NCBI GenBank assembly: GCA_938091905.1
Contig: CALKOM010000126.1
Coordinates: 1-10,244, forward strand
Direction: 5' to 3'
Length of the DNA stretch: 10,244 bases
DNA from: an uncultured Verrucomicrobiales bacterium
GTDB taxonomy: Bacteria > Verrucomicrobiota > Verrucomicrobiia > Verrucomicrobiales > DEV007
The notes beneath the pieces are model-generated. The model saw nothing but the letters and a program-made list of their open reading frames with translations. It searched no databases and was not told the DNA's origin. Positions 6,689-10,244 of this stretch are shown here, in pieces. Numbering within the stretch: the first letter of the stretch is position 1; each line of letters starts with the position of its first letter. A program made the position numbers and the translations under genes.

Positions 6689-8917
6689 TTAACGAAGCCA
6701 ACCGAAGATGCGATCTATCACCCCACGCTGTCGCTTCGGCCTGGGAACAGGTTGCATCGGCTGTGGGCCTGAATACGGAGGCCTTCCTGGCCGATTCCAT
6801 GACCGCTGCCCATCATGATAGGTGCAGAGTAGGCGACCATCCATGAGATCTTCAGGTATTGATTCATTCATTGCCTGGCCGCTATGCTGACAATTAGACG
6901 TGGCCAGTTCTCCAGATAGACGGCAAACCTCGACATCGCCACGGTCAGGGCCCGAAGACAGGGCCTCTGCTGGGTAGCCTTGCTCCACAGCTGCTTTCAT
7001 CACGTCCACCCACACTGGTAAAGCGGTTCTGCTGCCGTAGCCACGCGGCATCACCGGCAGGTTGTTGTCGATTCCCACCCAGACACCACAGGTAAGCGAA
7101 CTGGAGTAACCGACGAACCAACCGTCCCGGTAGTCATCTGTCGTTCCAGTCTTGCCTGCAGCAGGCCACGTCCAGCCCAAGCGCTTTGCACTTGCCGCCG
7201 TCCCCTTCTCCACCACATCGGACAGGCCCTGCGTTACCAAGGAAGCCGTTCCTTTCGCTAAAAGACGCTGTTTGAATCCCGAAGTCACGTGATCTAGCCG
7301 TATCCCGTTTCGCGTCACCTTCTGAATGATGTGCCACTGAGGACGTGTCCCGTCATTGGCCAATGCCGTGTAGGCGCTGGTCACTTGCAAGAGAGGTGCC
7401 TCAAAGGCTCCAATATACATCACTGGAGAATCTGGCAGAGGAGTTTTCTTAGGATCAGCTAGATTCGCTGCGTAAGCGAGTTCGCGCACCGCATCTAGCC
7501 CTGCTCGTTCTCCCACCCTCACGGTCATCGTATTCCTCGAGGCGACCAAGCCATACTCAGCCTTCTGACTACCGCGGTAAGTGCCGTCTGAATTGCGAGG
7601 ACTCCAAGGACGCAACCCGTGATGCTCAAGCTCGTGATGCCGGATCCTACCATCATCGATGCTAGTGTGAGGGAGCAAGCGACGCTGCTCGTACGCCGAC
7701 GCATACACGAACGGCTTGAAAACCGATCCCACCTGTCGTTTCGCGTGAAGCGCTCGATTGAACTTGCTCTGCTCATAGTCTCGGCCGCCCACAAGCGCGA
7801 CAACGTCACCGTTATCATTGTCCAACACGACAACACTGCCCTGCAAGTAGGTGGTCCTGCGTTCGTCCCCTTTGCTCCACGCTGCGGTAAAACTCGCATA
7901 CGTTGGATGTTCATAGCCAGGAGTTGACTCAAGTGCCGTTAGGCGTTCCTGGAGAGCCTTCTCTGCAGCCAACTGCACTTCCTGATCAATGGTTGTGAAG
8001 ACTTCCAGCCCTCCATCTTCCTTGTACTCCTGATCCCTCAACCAGGTCTCGTTGAGATATCGGCGAACAAAGTCCATCGCATAATTCTCCTGCCAGACCG
8101 ATTGAGGCTCTGGTTGAATGCCTAAAGGTGCGGCCTTTGCTGCAATGGCTTCTGATTCCGTTATCTTGCCAATGGTCACCATGCGTCCGAGCACGGTATC
8201 CCTCTCGCTCACAGCTCCTTCGGGATTCTTGAAAGGCGAAAACCTGTTGGGACTTCGAATGATTCCAGCGAGCGTCGCAGCTTGCCCCAAGGTCAGGTTA
8301 CTCGCAGGGATACCAAAGTAAGCCTGACTTGCTCTTTCCAATCCATAAATACCACTCCCAAAGAAGATCCGATTGATGTAGAGTTCGAGAATCTTATTCT
8401 TAGAAATCCCACTCTCTATCCGACGCGTGAGCATGACTTCGACCAGCTTCCGATGGAGCGTCCGATCCATCAAACCATAGCTATTTCGGGCCAGTTGCAT
8501 TGATATCGTGCTCGCTCCTTGAACAAACTCACCGTCCTTGATATTGCGAACAACTGCTCGTACCACGCCCTTATAATCGACCCCACGGTGCTCAAAGAAA
8601 CTCGTATCTTCCCGGGCCAGCAATGCGTCAATGAAATAGCGGGAGGTCTCGTCTAGAGGAATGACGTCGCGATTCATCCCATGAAGTCTCCCAATGAGCT
8701 TGCCTTTGACATCGTAGACCTTCGTCCGTTCGGGCATTTTCCCGAGCTCTTCCAGGTCAAACTGGCTCGCTAGATGGGCATAGCGTACGTAAAAACCCAA
8801 TGCGACCAGTGCAGCTAGTCCCGAGAGCAGCCCCAGGAGAAAGATCCAGGTTCGCAAACGAAAGAGGCCAAAACCACGTCTACGAAATTCCGGGGTGCGC
8901 CAAGGTGCTCGAATCAT
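6689..8917 (-). CDS. Class A penicillin-binding protein (PBP1A family; transglycosylase plus transpeptidase), about 742 aa
   Basis: N-terminal TM helix. GT51 motifs EDTSFFEHRGVD, GASTISMQLARN, RKLVE and KNKILELYINRIFFG. Transpeptidase motifs SVFK (SxxK), SRN (SxN) and KTGT. I placed the start at ATG 8917 (MIRAPW) because the track start at 9046 overlaps the divergent nadC. Confidence 0.95.
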   Translation of the reverse strand: MIRAPWRTPEFRRRGFGLFRLRTWIFLLGLLSGLAALVALGFYVRYAHLASQFDLEELGKMPERTKVYDVKGKLIGRLHGMNRDVIPLDETSRYFIDALLAREDTSFFEHRGVDYKGVVRAVVRNIKDGEFVQGASTISMQLARNSYGLMDRTLHRKLVEVMLTRRIESGISKNKILELYINRIFFGSGIYGLERASQAYFGIPASNLTLGQAATLAGIIRSPNRFSPFKNPEGAVSERDTVLGRMVTIGKITESEAIAAKAAPLGIQPEPQSVWQENYAMDFVRRYLNETWLRDQEYKEDGGLEVFTTIDQEVQLAAEKALQERLTALESTPGYEHPTYASFTAAWSKGDERRTTYLQGSVVVLDNDNGDVVALVGGRDYEQSKFNRALHAKRQVGSVFKPFVYASAYEQRRLLPHTSIDDGRIRHHELEHHGLRPWSPRNSDGTYRGSQKAEYGLVASRNTMTVRVGERAGLDAVRELAYAANLADPKKTPLPDSPVMYIGAFEAPLLQVTSAYTALANDGTRPQWHIIQKVTRNGIRLDHVTSGFKQRLLAKGTASLVTQGLSDVVEKGTAASAKRLGWTWPAAGKTGTTDDYRDGWFVGYSSSLTCGVWVGIDNNLPVMPRGYGSRTALPVWVDVMKAAVEQGYPAEALSSGPDRGDVEVCRLSGELATSNCQHSGQAMNESIPEDLMDGRLLCTYHDGQRSWNRPGRPPYSGPQPMQPVPRPKRQRGVIDRIFGWLR

Positions 8918-9005
8918 TTGGATAGATAGAAAGATAGACGTGGGGCCTTGGAGATTCAATTTGCAACTGCTTGTCCTTGGCCGATATGAGGTAAGACGGC
9001 GGCAC

Positions 9006-9014
9006 TGATAGCCT
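9006..9014 (+). promoter_or_regulatory. Candidate extended -10 element (TG-A-TAGCCT) 7 nt upstream of the nadC ATG
   Basis: TGATAGCCT at 9006-9014 is followed by TTATTCA and the ATG at 9022. No Shine-Dalgarno. It lies in the 104-nt divergent gap between the PBP gene and nadC. Confidence 0.35.
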
Positions 9015-9021
9015 TTATTCA

Positions 9022-9879
9022 ATGAGCACTCAAACCTGGCAACCACTCATCGAAGCCGCTCTCGCCGAGGATCTTGGCGGCGTGGGCGATCTCACATCCA
9101 AATACTTCGTCTCGGAGGAATCAACCTCCCGTGTTCGCATGGTCGCACGAGAAGCCTGCGCCCTCTCAGGAATCGAACTTGCAGCAGACGTTTTCACCAC
9201 CGTAGATGCCTCTCTCAATATAAAGATTACGTTAAGTTCAGGCCAGCAGATCTACGATTCCGGAATCAACAGGGCCGCGATTCTGGAAGTTTCAGGCAAC
9301 ACCCGTTCGATCCTCACAGCAGAGCGCACTGCCCTCAACTTCGCTCAGCGCCTGACCGGTATCGCCACCCTTACCGCAGCCTTCGTCAATGAAGTGCAGG
9401 GCACCAATGCCATCATTCTCGATACACGCAAGACGACCCCAGGTTGGCGCGCGCTTGAGAAGGCTGCCGTCGTCCATGGGGGTGGTCAGAACCACCGGAT
9501 GGGTCTCTATGATCGCGTCATGATCAAAGACAATCACCTCGCTGCAGAAGACGCCCTAACGGAAATTCAAGCAAGCATCGACGCACTTCACAAGGATCAT
9601 CCTGGAGTCGAGGTCGAAGTCGAAGCGGATACCCTCGACCAAGTGCGAGGATTCCTTACTTTAAAAGGCGTCGACTACATTCTCTTGGACAACATGACCA
9701 ACGGCCAACGACGCGAGGCCGTCGCCCTAGCAAAAGACACCAGCGTAAAATTAGAAGCCAGCGGAGGGATTGTTTTAGAAACTGCTCATGCCGCGGCCGA
9801 GACTGGCGTCGACTTCATCTCTATCGGTGCCATCACTCATTCCTCGCGATCGATTGATCTGGCGTTAGATGCAATCTAA
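9022..9879 (+). CDS. nadC: Quinolinate phosphoribosyltransferase (carboxylating nicotinate-nucleotide diphosphorylase, 285 aa)
   Basis: Motifs ALAEDLG, GDLTS, ERTALN, DTRKTTPG, HRMGLYDRVMIKDNH, EVEVE, LLDNM, EASGG and GVDFISIGAITHS. Confidence 0.97.
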   Translation: MSTQTWQPLIEAALAEDLGGVGDLTSKYFVSEESTSRVRMVAREACALSGIELAADVFTTVDASLNIKITLSSGQQIYDSGINRAAILEVSGNTRSILTAERTALNFAQRLTGIATLTAAFVNEVQGTNAIILDTRKTTPGWRALEKAAVVHGGGQNHRMGLYDRVMIKDNHLAAEDALTEIQASIDALHKDHPGVEVEVEADTLDQVRGFLTLKGVDYILLDNMTNGQRREAVALAKDTSVKLEASGGIVLETAHAAAETGVDFISIGAITHSSRSIDLALDAI

Positions 9880-10244
9880 TCGCAAATCCCATCCCCCTGG
9901 GGGCTGTCTAGAGTAGTAAATATGGGATCCACAATCTTCCCCATGTGGATCGCGGCCCCTAACCACTCTAGCAGCACGGGCCCGACGTTGTCAAAGTAAT
10001 GATCAACGCGGTCTAACTCAGCCTGAGTGTTCCGAACGATCAACATTTCGCCATCATCGGATAGCGTCGCTGTCGCACCGTCTTAAAAGGCCATTCCCAG
10101 ACTACGCAATTTCTCCATAAGATTGTTGTTGGTAGTTAGATCACCTTGCCAAGGATAGCGCCGGGTGAAGAACGCTTCTACGCGGTCCGATCGGGGGACA
10201 AAGACGACCCCATAAGGATCAATCCGATACCTAACGTCAAGTTG
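9876..10244 (-). pseudogene. 3' part of a gene with a secretin N-domain-like module, interrupted by an in-frame TAA (partial at the window edge)
   Basis: Manual translation from 10244 gives QLDVRYRIDPYGVVFVPRSDRVEAFFTRRYPW...LRSLGMAF*DGATATLSDDGEMLIVRNTQAELDRVDHYF...GICD*. The internal stop is at 10083-10085 and the terminal TAG at 9876-9878 overlaps the nadC stop. The G-x-x-F-x-x-G-A-x-A...LIVRNT pattern resembles, from memory, the periplasmic part of verrucomicrobial Amuc_1098-like secretins. Confidence 0.6.
9926..9951. repeat. Perfect 8-bp inverted repeat with a 10-nt loop downstream of nadC
   Basis: GATCCACA (9926-9933) and TGTGGATC (9944-9951). There is no good U-tract on either strand, so I do not call it a terminator. 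Confidence 0.4.

Noticed and set aside
8918..9046. 43-codon N-terminal extension of the PBP given by the ORF track
   Set aside because: It would overlap the divergent nadC start and remove the shared promoter gap. ATG 8917 gives a normal short basic tail before the TM helix.
515..9537. Remaining short ORFs in the track that overlap the called genes
   Set aside because: All are antisense or off-frame to strongly supported CDSs and show no recognisable motifs.
9893..9951. Intrinsic terminator after nadC (CCCCCTGGGGG and the GATCCACA/TGTGGATC stem)
   Set aside because: The first stem is only 4 bp with a viable loop and neither has a proper U-tract. Both lie inside the convergent reading frame.

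Overview
A bacterial chromosomal window of moderate GC, most consistent with Verrucomicrobiota (inferred from protein families, not proven). Five genes are intact: a membrane-anchored alpha/beta hydrolase (376-1221 +), a class V PLP aminotransferase (1319-2401 +), a secreted Cys-type sulfatase fused to a C-terminal NHL-repeat beta-propeller (2411-4795 +), a class A penicillin-binding protein (6689-8917 -) and nadC (9022-9879 +). Three damaged or partial minus-strand loci are missed or split by the ORF track. (i) The 5' part of an IS5-family transposase runs off the left edge, with a candidate IS end beside a CTAG site at 310-313. (ii) A double zinc-ribbon / single-TM / extracytoplasmic-domain locus at 4805-6618 has a frameshift inside its TM helix and an in-frame TGA. 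(iii) The 3' part of a gene with a secretin N-domain-like module enters from the right edge, with an in-frame TAA in its conserved motif. I saw no rRNA, tRNA, CRISPR array or defence system. I cannot support a clearly new multi-gene system. The best leads are the sulfatase-NHL fusion coupled to the aminotransferase, the split zinc-ribbon membrane protein, and a hairpin over the aminotransferase start.
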